64,000 nt of DNA from assembly GCA_963765495.1 (NCBI GenBank), contig CAVXWP010000009.1, positions 384,001 to 448,000 on the forward strand, given 5' to 3'. The notes under the pieces were generated by a model that did not search any database, was not told the origin of the DNA, and saw nothing but the letters and a program-made list of their open reading frames with translations. Of the stretch, positions 37,695 through 47,248 are shown piece by piece (positions within the stretch are counted from its first letter, which is position 1; each line of letters starts with the position of its first letter). This stretch comes from Blastocatellia bacterium. Lineage in GTDB: Bacteria > Acidobacteriota > Blastocatellia > UBA7656. The position numbers and the translations under genes are program-made.

Positions 37695-40600
37695 ATGAAA
37701 CTGCCAGAGATTTCCGTAAATCGTCCGATCATGATTTACATGATAACTTCCGTGCTGGTCCTGCTGGGGGCGATTGCCTTCACGCGGCTGCCGGTCGATT
37801 TGATGCCGGACGTCGAAAATCCTACGTTGACGGTCAGGGCCCAGTACCCCGGTGTCGCGCCCGAAGAGGTCGAAAACCTTGTGTCGCGCCCGCTTGAGGA
37901 ATCGCTCAGTTCCGCACCCGGCGTATATAAAATCAACTCGACTTCTTCCGAAGGGCAAAGCACCGTGCGCGTGACCTTCGACTGGGGCACGAATCTCGAT
38001 GAAGCCGCAAACGAAATCCGCACCCGCGTAGACCGCGTGCGTGGCTCGCTGCCCGAGGATGTGGAACCGCCTACGATCTTCAAATTCGACCTGTCGCAAT
38101 TTCCTATTCTCTATCTTGCGGTGGCCGGGGACCGCGACCCGCGCGATATGCGCACCTTTATCGAAGAGGAGATTCAGCCGCGTCTGGAACGCGTGCCGGG
38201 AGTGGCCGCCGTCGATATTCGAGGCGGACTCCGCCGCGAAATACACGTAACGCTTTCCACGGAAAAACTGCGCTCTTATAACGTGTCGGTAAATCAGGTG
38301 GTAGACATCCTCCGGCGCGAAAATCAGAATCGCCCAGTGGGCCAGATGGATGAAGGCAAGTACAAAGTGCTGCTCAGGACCGAAGGCGAATTCAAATCGA
38401 TGGATCAGATTCGCAACGTGGTCGTCACCTCGCGCGACGGCGTGCCTATCTATATGAAGGACGTGGCCGATGTGAGCGATTCTTATGAAGAGATCACTCA
38501 GATCGTCCGCATAGACGATAAGCCGGGCATAAGGCTTGCCATCCGAAAGCAGTCGGGATCAAACACGGTCACAGTCGCCGACCGCGTAAAAGAAGAGATC
38601 ACGCGCATTCAAAAGACCTACCCCGATATGTCGATCTGGCCGATCATAGACACATCCACCTTTATACAACAATCAATCAGCAATGTCAGATCATCGGCCA
38701 TTTCAGGCGCGTTTCTGGCCGTGATGATTCTGCTGCTCTTTTTGCGGAATCTCAGAAGCACGCTCATCATCGCCGTTTCGATCCCCATTGCCGTCATCGG
38801 CACATTCGCATTGATGTATTTTTACGGCTTCACCCTCAACACGATGTCGTTCGGGGGGCTGGCGCTCGGCGTGGGCATGCTTGTAGACAATGCCATAGTC
38901 GTGCTTGAAAACATCTTTCGCCATCGCGAGGAAGGGCTTTCGCACAAGGAAGCCGCCGTGCTTGGAAGCGGCGAAGTGGCTTCGGCCATAATCTCTTCGA
39001 CCCTGACCACGGTCGCCGTGTTCGTCCCTCTGATCTTTCTGACGGGGATGACGGGCATAATGTTTAAGGAGCTTTCCTATGTAGTCAGCTTCTCGCTTAT
39101 CTGTTCGCTGCTTGTGGCGCTGACGCTCATCCCTGTGCTCGCCTCAAAGTATCTGAAAGTAAGACCGCCCGACACGGAAGCTCACCCCTTGATGAGCAAA
39201 GTGATAAATAGAAGCGGGAATATGCTCGACAAACTCGACGAGCGTTATCAGAACGCGATTCACTGGTCGCTTGCTCATCGAAAGACGGTCATCGTTGGAG
39301 CCCTGGCACTGTTTGCGGCCAGCATGGCGCTTGTCCCCCTGATCGGATTTGAAATGATGCCTGAAACCGACGAGGGCGAAGTGCGCGTGGATCTGGAGCT
39401 TCCGGCCGGGACCAGAATCGAAATAACCGATGAACTGGCTAAGAAAGAGGAAGCGATTATCGAGCGTGAAGTGCCCGAGATTCAGCACATCATGACCGAA
39501 GTCGGCGGCGGCGGATGGCAGGCATCGCAATCTCATACGGCGAGCATGCGCGTGAAACTCACAGACAAATCCGACCGCAGCCGTTCAAGCCAGGACATAG
39601 CAAATGCCTTGAGGTCAAAGCTGAATATACAACCCGGGCTGATGGTCCGTACCCGTTCAAGCAGCAACAACTGGATTATGAGGCTTGGGCAGGGCAACGG
39701 CGACCGCATCTCGATTGAGGTGCGCGGCCACGATATGGAAGTGGCAAAAGACCTTGCCAATACGGTCAAGGATACGCTCGAAACCATACCGGGTGTGGCC
39801 GAGCCTCAAGTGAGCCTGCGCGACGGAACACCTGAAATGCTTGTTACCGTAGACCGCACAAAGGCCGCAAGTCTCGGCATAAATGCCTCCGACATAGCCG
39901 ACACGCTTGAGACGGTCATCGGAGGCCGCAATGCCAGCCAGTTTCGACAGGAAGGCGACGAGTTCAACATTCAGGTCCGATTGAGCGAGCAGGAACGTTC
40001 GGACCTGGCTCAACTCGATCAGGTGACGGTGCTGACTCCCTCGGGGCAGGCGGTCCCGATTGGCTCGCTCGTCAAGTTACAAAGACGCGAAGGGCCTACA
40101 TCAATCGAGCGCCAGGATCAGGAGCGCGTAATGTGGGTCTCGGCCGGGTTTGCGGGCCGCGATCTCGGCTCTATCATGCAGGACATAGATGAGAGGCTCA
40201 GCGCGATGAGTGTGCCTCTGGGCTTTTCGCTCAACTACGGCGGCGAGTACGAAGAACAGCAGAAATCTTTCAAAGAACTGATCTTCAGCCTGATACTTGC
40301 GATCATACTGGTCTACATGGTGATGGCGGCGCAATTCGAATCGCTGCGCGACCCGTTGATAATACTCTTTTCAATCCCGCTTGCCGCAATCGGCATCGCT
40401 TTCATGCTGTTTTTGACCAACACGACCTTCAACATACAGGCGTTTATCGGAACGATAATGCTTGCAGGGATAGTCGTAAACAACGCCATCGTGCTGATTG
40501 ATTACACAAACCTGTTGCGCCGCCGCGATAACCTTCCGCTCCGACATGCCGTAGAGCTTGCCGGGCGCAGAAGGCTCCGACCGATCCTTATGACCACGCT

Positions 40601-40841
40601 CACAACCGTTTTAGGTCTTGTGCCGATGGCATTGGGGTTTGGCGAAGGCGCAGAGGTGCAGGCCCCGATGGCCCGCGTAGTCATAGGTGGGCTTATGACA
40701 TCTACACTGATCACGCTGCTCTTTATCCCGACCATCTACACCATGATCGAAGAGCGCGGGCTGGGCAGGAAGCGAGTCAAGGTCAGAGAGACCGACAGAG
40801 GCGCAGCGCCCGATTCGCTCGAACCCGTCGGCGCGGATTAA
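37695..40841 (+). CDS. RND efflux permease (AcrB/AcrD/AcrF family)
   Basis: Start MKLPEISVNRP; GMLVDNAIVVLENI, GIVVNNAIVLID, RLRPILMT. Confidence 0.96.
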   Translation: MKLPEISVNRPIMIYMITSVLVLLGAIAFTRLPVDLMPDVENPTLTVRAQYPGVAPEEVENLVSRPLEESLSSAPGVYKINSTSSEGQSTVRVTFDWGTNLDEAANEIRTRVDRVRGSLPEDVEPPTIFKFDLSQFPILYLAVAGDRDPRDMRTFIEEEIQPRLERVPGVAAVDIRGGLRREIHVTLSTEKLRSYNVSVNQVVDILRRENQNRPVGQMDEGKYKVLLRTEGEFKSMDQIRNVVVTSRDGVPIYMKDVADVSDSYEEITQIVRIDDKPGIRLAIRKQSGSNTVTVADRVKEEITRIQKTYPDMSIWPIIDTSTFIQQSISNVRSSAISGAFLAVMILLLFLRNLRSTLIIAVSIPIAVIGTFALMYFYGFTLNTMSFGGLALGVGMLVDNAIVVLENIFRHREEGLSHKEAAVLGSGEVASAIISSTLTTVAVFVPLIFLTGMTGIMFKELSYVVSFSLICSLLVALTLIPVLASKYLKVRPPDTEAHPLMSKVINRSGNMLDKLDERYQNAIHWSLAHRKTVIVGALALFAASMALVPLIGFEMMPETDEGEVRVDLELPAGTRIEITDELAKKEEAIIEREVPEIQHIMTEVGGGGWQASQSHTASMRVKLTDKSDRSRSSQDIANALRSKLNIQPGLMVRTRSSSNNWIMRLGQGNGDRISIEVRGHDMEVAKDLANTVKDTLETIPGVAEPQVSLRDGTPEMLVTVDRTKAASLGINASDIADTLETVIGGRNASQFRQEGDEFNIQVRLSEQERSDLAQLDQVTVLTPSGQAVPIGSLVKLQRREGPTSIERQDQERVMWVSAGFAGRDLGSIMQDIDERLSAMSVPLGFSLNYGGEYEEQQKSFKELIFSLILAIILVYMVMAAQFESLRDPLIILFSIPLAAIGIAFMLFLTNTTFNIQAFIGTIMLAGIVVNNAIVLIDYTNLLRRRDNLPLRHAVELAGRRRLRPILMTTLTTVLGLVPMALGFGEGAEVQAPMARVVIGGLMTSTLITLLFIPTIYTMIEERGLGRKRVKVRETDRGAAPDSLEPVGAD

Positions 40842-40879
40842 TTTTTTAGAACGGTTGGAATTACAGAAGTCATAGTATA

Positions 40880-41052
40880 CAGGGCAATTTGAGCCGGTGG
40901 CTTGCCTTAATAGGCCGGGACGGCCGCGGATGCGGCGGATCTACGCGGATCTGATCATATAAGGTCTAATCCGCGCTAATCCGTCGCATCCGCGTCATCC
41001 GCGGCCTATTTCAAGTAGTCTAACCAGCATTTTGGCAAGCTCAATGGCTCTG
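40880..41052. mobile_element. CAGGG-MITE copy with central 9-mer hairpin
   Basis: CAGGGCAATTTG...AATAGGCCGGGACGGCCGCGGATG...CATCCGCGGCCTATTTC...CATTTTGGCAAGCTCAATGGCTCTG. Confidence 0.72.
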
Positions 41053-41104
41053 CGAATCCGGCTGTCAAACCTCATCGTCTGAAAGGATTTGGTATTAATC
41101 CCGT

Positions 41105-41881
41105 CTAAAGCTGTTTGTTCTTCAACCGGGAGTAGACCTCCGCGAGCCGCGTCGTGTGCTCTTCGGATTCGAGACATCGACGAAATGTATCGCCTATCTC
41201 TTCAAGCGCCTGGTTCGTATCCATATCAATCAGCTTGCGAGTCAATCGCTTTGTTTCAAACAGCGCCTGCCGGGGCTTTGAGGCAAGCACCTGGGCCAGT
41301 TCCCATGCGCGCGTCATCAACTCTTCGCGCGGATAGACGTGATTGACCAGACCTATGCGCCAGGCTTCTTCGGCCGAGATGTTTTGGCCCGTCATCGAAA
41401 GCTCTTTGGCGCGAGCAAGCCCGATTGATTTGTAGAGCGGGTGTATGATCTGCGTCAGCCCCAGATTGATTTCTGCCTGCCCGAATATAGCTTCTTCCGC
41501 TGCAAGACGTATGTCACAGAAGGCAGCCAGGTCGAATCCGCCTGCGATGGCAGGACCGTTTATGGCTCCGATGACCGGCTGCGGCAGGGTCCACAAGAGG
41601 CGAAAGATCGGAAACACCCTGTTCATATAAGACATCTTCTCTTCGGCGGTCCAGCCTATCAAAAGGCTCAGATCGAGCCCGGCGCAAAAGCTCCGGCCCG
41701 CCCCCGTAAGGATAACTACCTGTATGTCGGCAGAACCCTCGACCTCTCTCAGCGCCTCGGCGAGACGGGCTACGAGGTCGGGGTGAAGCGAGTTGCTCTT
41801 TTCGGGGTGATTGAGAGTGATCGTTATGATCTGACCCTTGCGATCAATCAGCACGAGCGGTTCAGTTCCGGGGCCGGTCAT
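41105..41881 (-). CDS. Enoyl-CoA hydratase/isomerase (crotonase) family protein
   Basis: GRSFCAGLDL, PVIGAINGPAIAGG, FGQAEINLG, SAEEAWRIGLVN. Confidence 0.93.
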   Translation of the reverse strand: MTGPGTEPLVLIDRKGQIITITLNHPEKSNSLHPDLVARLAEALREVEGSADIQVVILTGAGRSFCAGLDLSLLIGWTAEEKMSYMNRVFPIFRLLWTLPQPVIGAINGPAIAGGFDLAAFCDIRLAAEEAIFGQAEINLGLTQIIHPLYKSIGLARAKELSMTGQNISAEEAWRIGLVNHVYPREELMTRAWELAQVLASKPRQALFETKRLTRKLIDMDTNQALEEIGDTFRRCLESEEHTTRLAEVYSRLKNKQL

Positions 41882-41962
41882 ATTGCGTGTCCTCCTGGCG
41901 ATAAGATTAGAGAGAGGTAATGATATAATGCCTCACTATAATCTTGCGAGAGGAGATGAGCG

Positions 41963-42424
41963 ATGTTTTGCCCCGGATGCAGCACAGAGAATAATCCTGA
42001 TCTGAAGTATTGCCGACAGTGCGGAATGCAACTCTCATCCGTGCGAATTGCGATGGAGTCGCGTATTGACGAGGCGCTTGAAAAATATGAGAAGGGCGCG
42101 GAAAAGATCAAGGCCGGAATAATCACATTCACCGTGCTCTTCTTTGTAGGGATAATCAATCTTATCTTCAAAAACACCTGGGGATTTACAATAAATATGA
42201 TACTCGCGTTCGCCGTTACGCTGCCGATTCTCATAGTCGGTTTCAACTCTCTCAGAGGCGGCTCGCGCCTGCTCAAATCAGAAACGAGAGCCGATGATCG
42301 GGCCTTGAAACAATCGGGCGGGCCGGTGGTCGAATTGCCCCCGGCTCAGACAACCGACCGCTCGCTTGCCGAACCGCTCTCTGTTACAGAGCACACCACA
42401 CGCGAGTTGAAAGAGGTTGAATAA
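41963..42424 (+). CDS. Zinc-ribbon membrane protein with SVTEHTTR motif (third paralog)
   Basis: MFCPGC..YCRQCG, two TM helices, LSVTEHTTREL. Confidence 0.85.
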   Translation: MFCPGCSTENNPDLKYCRQCGMQLSSVRIAMESRIDEALEKYEKGAEKIKAGIITFTVLFFVGIINLIFKNTWGFTINMILAFAVTLPILIVGFNSLRGGSRLLKSETRADDRALKQSGGPVVELPPAQTTDRSLAEPLSVTEHTTRELKEVE

Positions 42425-42584
42425 CTCGGACGATCACTCAAAATGATGAGGTTTGAGGCGACTGGAAGTTGACAGTCCCGCCGCTGCATCCTAGCATAAA
42501 GCATTAAACCGAATCGCTCGAAAATTCGAGGGAGCCTTTTGTAAACGAGTTCATAGAACACTGCTGATTCTGGAGAACAAGCCG

Positions 42585-43817
42585 ATGTCAACCATCCACC
42601 CCTTTGAGGCATTGCGCCCGCCAAAAGATAAAGCAAACGATGTTGCCGCTGTGCCCTATGACGTAGTAAATACCGAAGAAGCCCGCGAAATGGCCCGCGC
42701 CAATCCGCTCTCTTTTCTTCACGTCTCGCGCCCTGAAATAGATTTGCCCGACGGCACCGACCCTTATTCGGATGAGGTGTATCAAAAAGCTGCCGACAAT
42801 TTCGAGCGACTGAAACGCGAAGCCCCGCTTCACACCGAAGACGCGCCCAGCCTCTATGTCTACAGCCTGCAAATGGGCGAGCACTCGCAGACAGGCATAG
42901 CCGCCTGCTGCTCTGTCGATGAATATGATTCCGATATCATTCGCAAACACGAGCGTACGCGCAAAGACAAAGAGGATGATCGCACGCGCCACATCATCAC
43001 GCTCAGAGCGCAAACGGGGCCGGTTTTTCTCACTTATCGCGGGCGAGACGAAATCGACGAGGTTGTCAAACAGGCTCAGGACGAACCGCCTCTTTATACA
43101 ATCACACCGCCCGACGGAGTCCGGCACACTCTCTGGCGGCTCAATGACGAAGCCCGCGACCGTATCATTGAGGGGTTTCAACAGGTGCCGCTTCTTTATA
43201 TCGCCGACGGCCATCATCGCGCGGCAAGCGCCAGTCGGACCCGCGCCCGGCTCAAATCCGAAGACCCGAATCACACGGGCGCGGAAGAGTACAATTTCTT
43301 TCTTGCGGTCCTCTTCCCCGCCGACCAGCTTCGGATACTTCCCTACAACCGAATCGTGAAAGACCTCAACGGCAAATCGAAAGAGGAGTTCCTCAGAGCG
43401 CTCGCCGAAAGCTTTACCGTGAGCGAAGACGCATCTGCCGCGCCCGCGCGTAAAGGGAGTGTCAGCATGTATCTCGACGGCAAATGGTATTCGCTCGACA
43501 TACCGGCTGAAAGCGTCGATACGGATGACCCCATCGGATCGCTCGACGTGAGTATATTGCAGGAGCGCGTGCTTGCTCCGATACTTGGCATTGCCGACGT
43601 TCGGACGGACAAGCGTATAGATTTCGTGGGCGGCATTCGCGGCACCGAGGCCCTGGAGCAGGCGGTAAACGAAGGCCGGGCAGCCGTAGCGTTTTCCCTT
43701 TACCCTGTCACGGTTGACGAATTGATAGCGGTTTCGGACAAAAACGAGATCATGCCGCCCAAGTCTACGTGGTTCGAACCAAAACTGCGCGACGGCTTGC
43801 TCAGTCACTTGATATGA
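42585..43817 (+). CDS. DUF1015 family protein
   Basis: VAAVPYDVV, IRKHERT, LYIADGHHRAA, MPPKSTWFEPKLRDGL. Confidence 0.92.
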   Translation: MSTIHPFEALRPPKDKANDVAAVPYDVVNTEEAREMARANPLSFLHVSRPEIDLPDGTDPYSDEVYQKAADNFERLKREAPLHTEDAPSLYVYSLQMGEHSQTGIAACCSVDEYDSDIIRKHERTRKDKEDDRTRHIITLRAQTGPVFLTYRGRDEIDEVVKQAQDEPPLYTITPPDGVRHTLWRLNDEARDRIIEGFQQVPLLYIADGHHRAASASRTRARLKSEDPNHTGAEEYNFFLAVLFPADQLRILPYNRIVKDLNGKSKEEFLRALAESFTVSEDASAAPARKGSVSMYLDGKWYSLDIPAESVDTDDPIGSLDVSILQERVLAPILGIADVRTDKRIDFVGGIRGTEALEQAVNEGRAAVAFSLYPVTVDELIAVSDKNEIMPPKSTWFEPKLRDGLLSHLI

Positions 43818-43916
43818 ATAGTGAATCGTGATGCGTGATGCGTGATAAACCGGGCTTGCACCATCTCTTTTACGGGCGGGCGTCCTGAGAATCACGAATC
43901 ACTCTTCACGCATCAC
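43815..43916. repeat. GTGATGC/GCATCAC heptamer inverted-repeat element
   Basis: TGAATAGTGAATCGTGATGCGTGATGCGTGAT...ATCACGAATCAC..TCACGCATCAC. Confidence 0.75.
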
Positions 43917-43932
43917 TAAAGGAGTGTTCTTT

Positions 43933-45135
43933 ATGAAAGTTCTCATAGCGGATAAATTCCCCGATGTCGGTCAGGAAGAACTGAAAAAAGCCGGTTGCGA
44001 GGTCGTCTATGACGCCGATCTCAAGGACGAAGCGCTCGTGCAGGCAATCGGTTCGTCGGGCGCAGACGTGCTTGTCGTGCGTTCGACCAAGGTGACTAAA
44101 GAGATGCTTGAATCGGGACATCTGAGCCTCGTAGTCCGCGCCGGAGCCGGGTACAACACAATAGATGTTGCTACGGCTTCGGCGCGCGGCATCTATGTAG
44201 CCAATTGCCCCGGCAAGAACTCGATAGCGGTGGCCGAACTTGCTTTCGGTTTGATACTGGCGCTCGACCGGCGTATCGCTGAAAATGCGGCTGACCTGAA
44301 AGAAGGCCGATGGAACAAGAAGGAATACAGTAAGGCGCGAGGGCTTTTTGGCCGCACGCTCGGCTTGATAGGTCTTGGCCGCATAGGGCAGGAGATGATC
44401 CCTCGCGCAAAGGCTTTCGGCATGCCCGTCGTAGCGTGGAGCCGGTCGCTTACGCCCACACGCGCCACAGAGCTTGGAATTGAGATGAAACAATCTCCCG
44501 TTGAGGTCGCCGCCTCGTCGGATGTCGTAAGCATTCATCTGGCGCTCAAGGATGAAACCAGAAATTTGATAGGCGATAATTTCTTCGAAAACATGCCGAA
44601 AGAAGCATTCTTTATAAACACGTCGCGGGCCGATGTAGTAGATCAGGCGGCGCTCGCTCGAGCAGTCCGTGAACGTGGCATACGGGCAGGGCTTGACGTG
44701 TTTGCGGGCGAGCCCCCGGGCGGAACGGGCGAGGTCCACGACGAGATTTTCAATCTGCCCGGCGTCATCGGCACTCATCACATAGGCGCATCCACCGATC
44801 AGGCTCAACAGGCCATAAGCGATGAAACCGTCCGCATCATACGTAATTACAAGGAGAAGGGCCGCGCCCCGAATGTCGTGAACCTGGCAAGAAAGACTCG
44901 CGCGACTCATCTGCTGGTTGTTCGCCACTTTGATCGCGTAGGAGTGCTGGCAGAGGTATTCGATAAACTGAAGCTTGCCGGTATCAACGTACAGGAGACC
45001 GAGAACATCGTCTTTGACGGAGCCGTCGCGGCGGTCGCCCGCATACATCTGGATCAGGCTCCTTCAGATGAAGTGCTGACCTCGATAAAAAACAGTTGCG
45101 CAGACTTGATCGAGTTGAGTTTGCTGAAGCTCTAA
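43933..45135 (+). CDS. serA: D-3-phosphoglycerate dehydrogenase-like protein with ACT domain
   Basis: RAGAGYNTID, N.PGKNSIAVAE, GLGRIG, INTSR, HIGAST, C-terminal ACT; clustered with serC. Confidence 0.8.
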   Translation: MKVLIADKFPDVGQEELKKAGCEVVYDADLKDEALVQAIGSSGADVLVVRSTKVTKEMLESGHLSLVVRAGAGYNTIDVATASARGIYVANCPGKNSIAVAELAFGLILALDRRIAENAADLKEGRWNKKEYSKARGLFGRTLGLIGLGRIGQEMIPRAKAFGMPVVAWSRSLTPTRATELGIEMKQSPVEVAASSDVVSIHLALKDETRNLIGDNFFENMPKEAFFINTSRADVVDQAALARAVRERGIRAGLDVFAGEPPGGTGEVHDEIFNLPGVIGTHHIGASTDQAQQAISDETVRIIRNYKEKGRAPNVVNLARKTRATHLLVVRHFDRVGVLAEVFDKLKLAGINVQETENIVFDGAVAAVARIHLDQAPSDEVLTSIKNSCADLIELSLLKL

Positions 45136-45185
45136 ATCGAAAAGCAGAAGATTGGTACAAATGAAACTCCAAACTAAGCTAATCA

Positions 45186-45304
45186 GAAATAGGCCGCGGA
45201 TGACGCGGATGCGACGGATTTTCGCGGATCTGACATTATATGATTTAATCCGCGTAGATCCGCCTGATCCGCGGACGTCCCGGCCTATTCCGACCTGCCT
45301 TTCA
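45186..45304. repeat. Core of the CAGGG-MITE family (AATAGGCC-9mer hairpin-GGCCTATT)
   Basis: Left arm nearly identical to 23818-23865; right arm CCTATTCCGACCTGCCTTTC resembles 4131-4150. Confidence 0.8.
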
Positions 45305-45373
45305 CTCATATTCATATGTTTCAATCTCTTGCAGAGTGATTTAGGCAAACAGAATCGAACCCGAAGGTAAATC

Positions 45374-45958
45374 ATGCCGAGAAGCAGACATCGCAATATA
45401 AGGAAGCCGCCCCGCCGGGGCTCGCAAGCACATTTGATGCATAATGCGGCCCGTTTCCCTCTGCTCGAATGCCTGATCAACGAAGGATGGGCCGAGCAGT
45501 TTATGGCCTCTGTCAGTTTTGCGCGTAGCCGTCCCGACGGGAGTGTAGCCGTCGCCGCCTTCGCCGTTGACCTCGGCTGCCTCGGCGTAAAATCCGCTTT
45601 CGCGCAACCCGAAATGAGTGTGGTCGAGTATCGGCAGCGAATAGCCCGAGGGCCGGGCAACGCGCAGCTATCTTATGATCCGGCTTGCGCCGTGAAGCTG
45701 ATAAAGGGGGCTGTCAGGTATGCCAAAGCCATAGGCTTCAGCCCCGATCCGGATTACTATTTTGCGAAAGAGATTTTCGGCGACATTGACCCGGATGAGT
45801 GTCACGAGACTATCGAATACGGGCAGGACGGAAAGCCGCTGTATGTAGCCGGGCCCTACGACAATGTAAATCGAATAATGAATCAATTGAAAAAGAAGCT
45901 TGGGCCGGATGGATTTAACTACATCTTAGAGGTGACTCCCACGACGAAGCCGATATAG
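45374..45958 (+). CDS. Hypothetical protein
   Basis: 194-aa ORF with RBS AAGG; motifs VDLGCLGVK and YGQDGKPLYVAGPYD. Confidence 0.75.
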   Translation: MPRSRHRNIRKPPRRGSQAHLMHNAARFPLLECLINEGWAEQFMASVSFARSRPDGSVAVAAFAVDLGCLGVKSAFAQPEMSVVEYRQRIARGPGNAQLSYDPACAVKLIKGAVRYAKAIGFSPDPDYYFAKEIFGDIDPDECHETIEYGQDGKPLYVAGPYDNVNRIMNQLKKKLGPDGFNYILEVTPTTKPI

Positions 45959-46031
45959 ACGACGCGAGTTTAACGAGTGAGAAGCGAACCCTAGTTTTCG
46001 CGGTTCAAAAGTCACGAAAGGAAAACAGATT

Positions 46032-47117
46032 ATGACGGAACGAATTTATAACTTCTCAGCCGGACCGGCTGTGCTGCCGCTTGAGGTCCTCGAACATGCG
46101 CAGAGAGATCTGGTGTCGCTCCCGGGCGTAGGCATGTCCATACTTGAGATCAGCCATCGCTCAAAGACCTTCGACGATATTATTCTGGCGGCTGAAGCGG
46201 ATATGCGAGAGCTTGCGGGGATTGCGGACAACTACCGGATACTGTTTCTTCAGGGCGGCGCGTCGCTGCAATTTTCGATGGTTCCGATGAACATATTGCC
46301 CTCGGGAGGCAAGGCCGATTACATCATTACCGGCTCGTGGTCGAAGAAGGCCGCGAAGGAGGCGAAAAGAATCGGCGAGGTAAACATCGCCGCCACTACC
46401 GAAGAGAGCAACTTCTCGCGCGTGCCCGCGCAGGACGAGTTGAAGCTCGACCCCGAAGCCGCTTATGTTCACTTTACGACCAACAACACTATTTTCGGGA
46501 CCGAATGGAAACGAGAGCCGGGGGCGGGCGATGTGCCTCTTGTGGCCGATGCGTCTTCCGATATTTTCAGCCACAGGCTTGACGTGAGCAAATACGGGCT
46601 GATCTACGCGGGCGCGCAGAAAAACCTGGCCCCGGCCGGCGTTACGCTCGTCATCATCCGGGATGATTTGCTTCGGCGCAGCCCCGAGGGGTTGCACACT
46701 ATGCTTGATTACAACACGCAAGCCAAAGAGAGATCGCTTTACAACACGCCGCCTGTTTTCCCGATCTATGTTATGGGCCTCGTCTTGAAATGGCTGATCG
46801 AGCAGGGCGGGCTTGAAGTGGTCGAGCGCCACAATGAGGAAAAGGCCGGATTGCTTTACGACATGATAGATTCGACAGAGTTTTATCGCGGCCACGCCGA
46901 ACCGGGCAGCCGTTCGCTGATGAATGTGAATTTCCGGCTGCCAAGCGAAGAACTCGAAAAGCAATTTATAAGCGAATCCACAAAGGCGGGTCTAAACGGA
47001 TTGAAAGGCCATCGCTCGGTCGGCGGATGTCGCGCTTCGATCTACAATGCGTTCCCCCGCGAAGGCGTGGAGGCACTCGTCTCTTTCATGAAAGAATTCG
47101 AGCGCACAAACGGGTAA
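46032..47117 (+). CDS. serC: Phosphoserine aminotransferase
   Basis: YNFSAGPAVLP, EISHRS, FLQGGAS, YAGAQKN, NTPP, GHRSVGGCRASIYNA. Confidence 0.98.
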   Translation: MTERIYNFSAGPAVLPLEVLEHAQRDLVSLPGVGMSILEISHRSKTFDDIILAAEADMRELAGIADNYRILFLQGGASLQFSMVPMNILPSGGKADYIITGSWSKKAAKEAKRIGEVNIAATTEESNFSRVPAQDELKLDPEAAYVHFTTNNTIFGTEWKREPGAGDVPLVADASSDIFSHRLDVSKYGLIYAGAQKNLAPAGVTLVIIRDDLLRRSPEGLHTMLDYNTQAKERSLYNTPPVFPIYVMGLVLKWLIEQGGLEVVERHNEEKAGLLYDMIDSTEFYRGHAEPGSRSLMNVNFRLPSEELEKQFISESTKAGLNGLKGHRSVGGCRASIYNAFPREGVEALVSFMKEFERTNG

Positions 47118-47142
47118 CAATCCCCTGAAAATCCCTAGCGTT

Positions 47143-47192
47143 CTTTGCGTCTTTGCGAGCACCTATCGCTCACAAAGACGCGAAGTACGCTA
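47143..47192. repeat. CTTTGCG/CGCAAAG-type short inverted repeat after serC
   Basis: CTTTGCGTCTTTGCGAGC...GCTCACAAAGACGCGAAG; may act as a terminator. Confidence 0.55.
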
Positions 47193-47248
47193 AGAACCAC
47201 CTGAGAACAAGATGAGCGTGAGAATATAATGAGCCTGAGCGCCGCCAG

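Noticed and set aside
42588-45048. Long antisense ORFs (435 aa and 380 aa; likewise 8419..9612, 21567..22514 and 61704..62861)
   Set aside because: They are shadow frames exactly opposite well-conserved genes, have no motifs, and are expected from codon bias.
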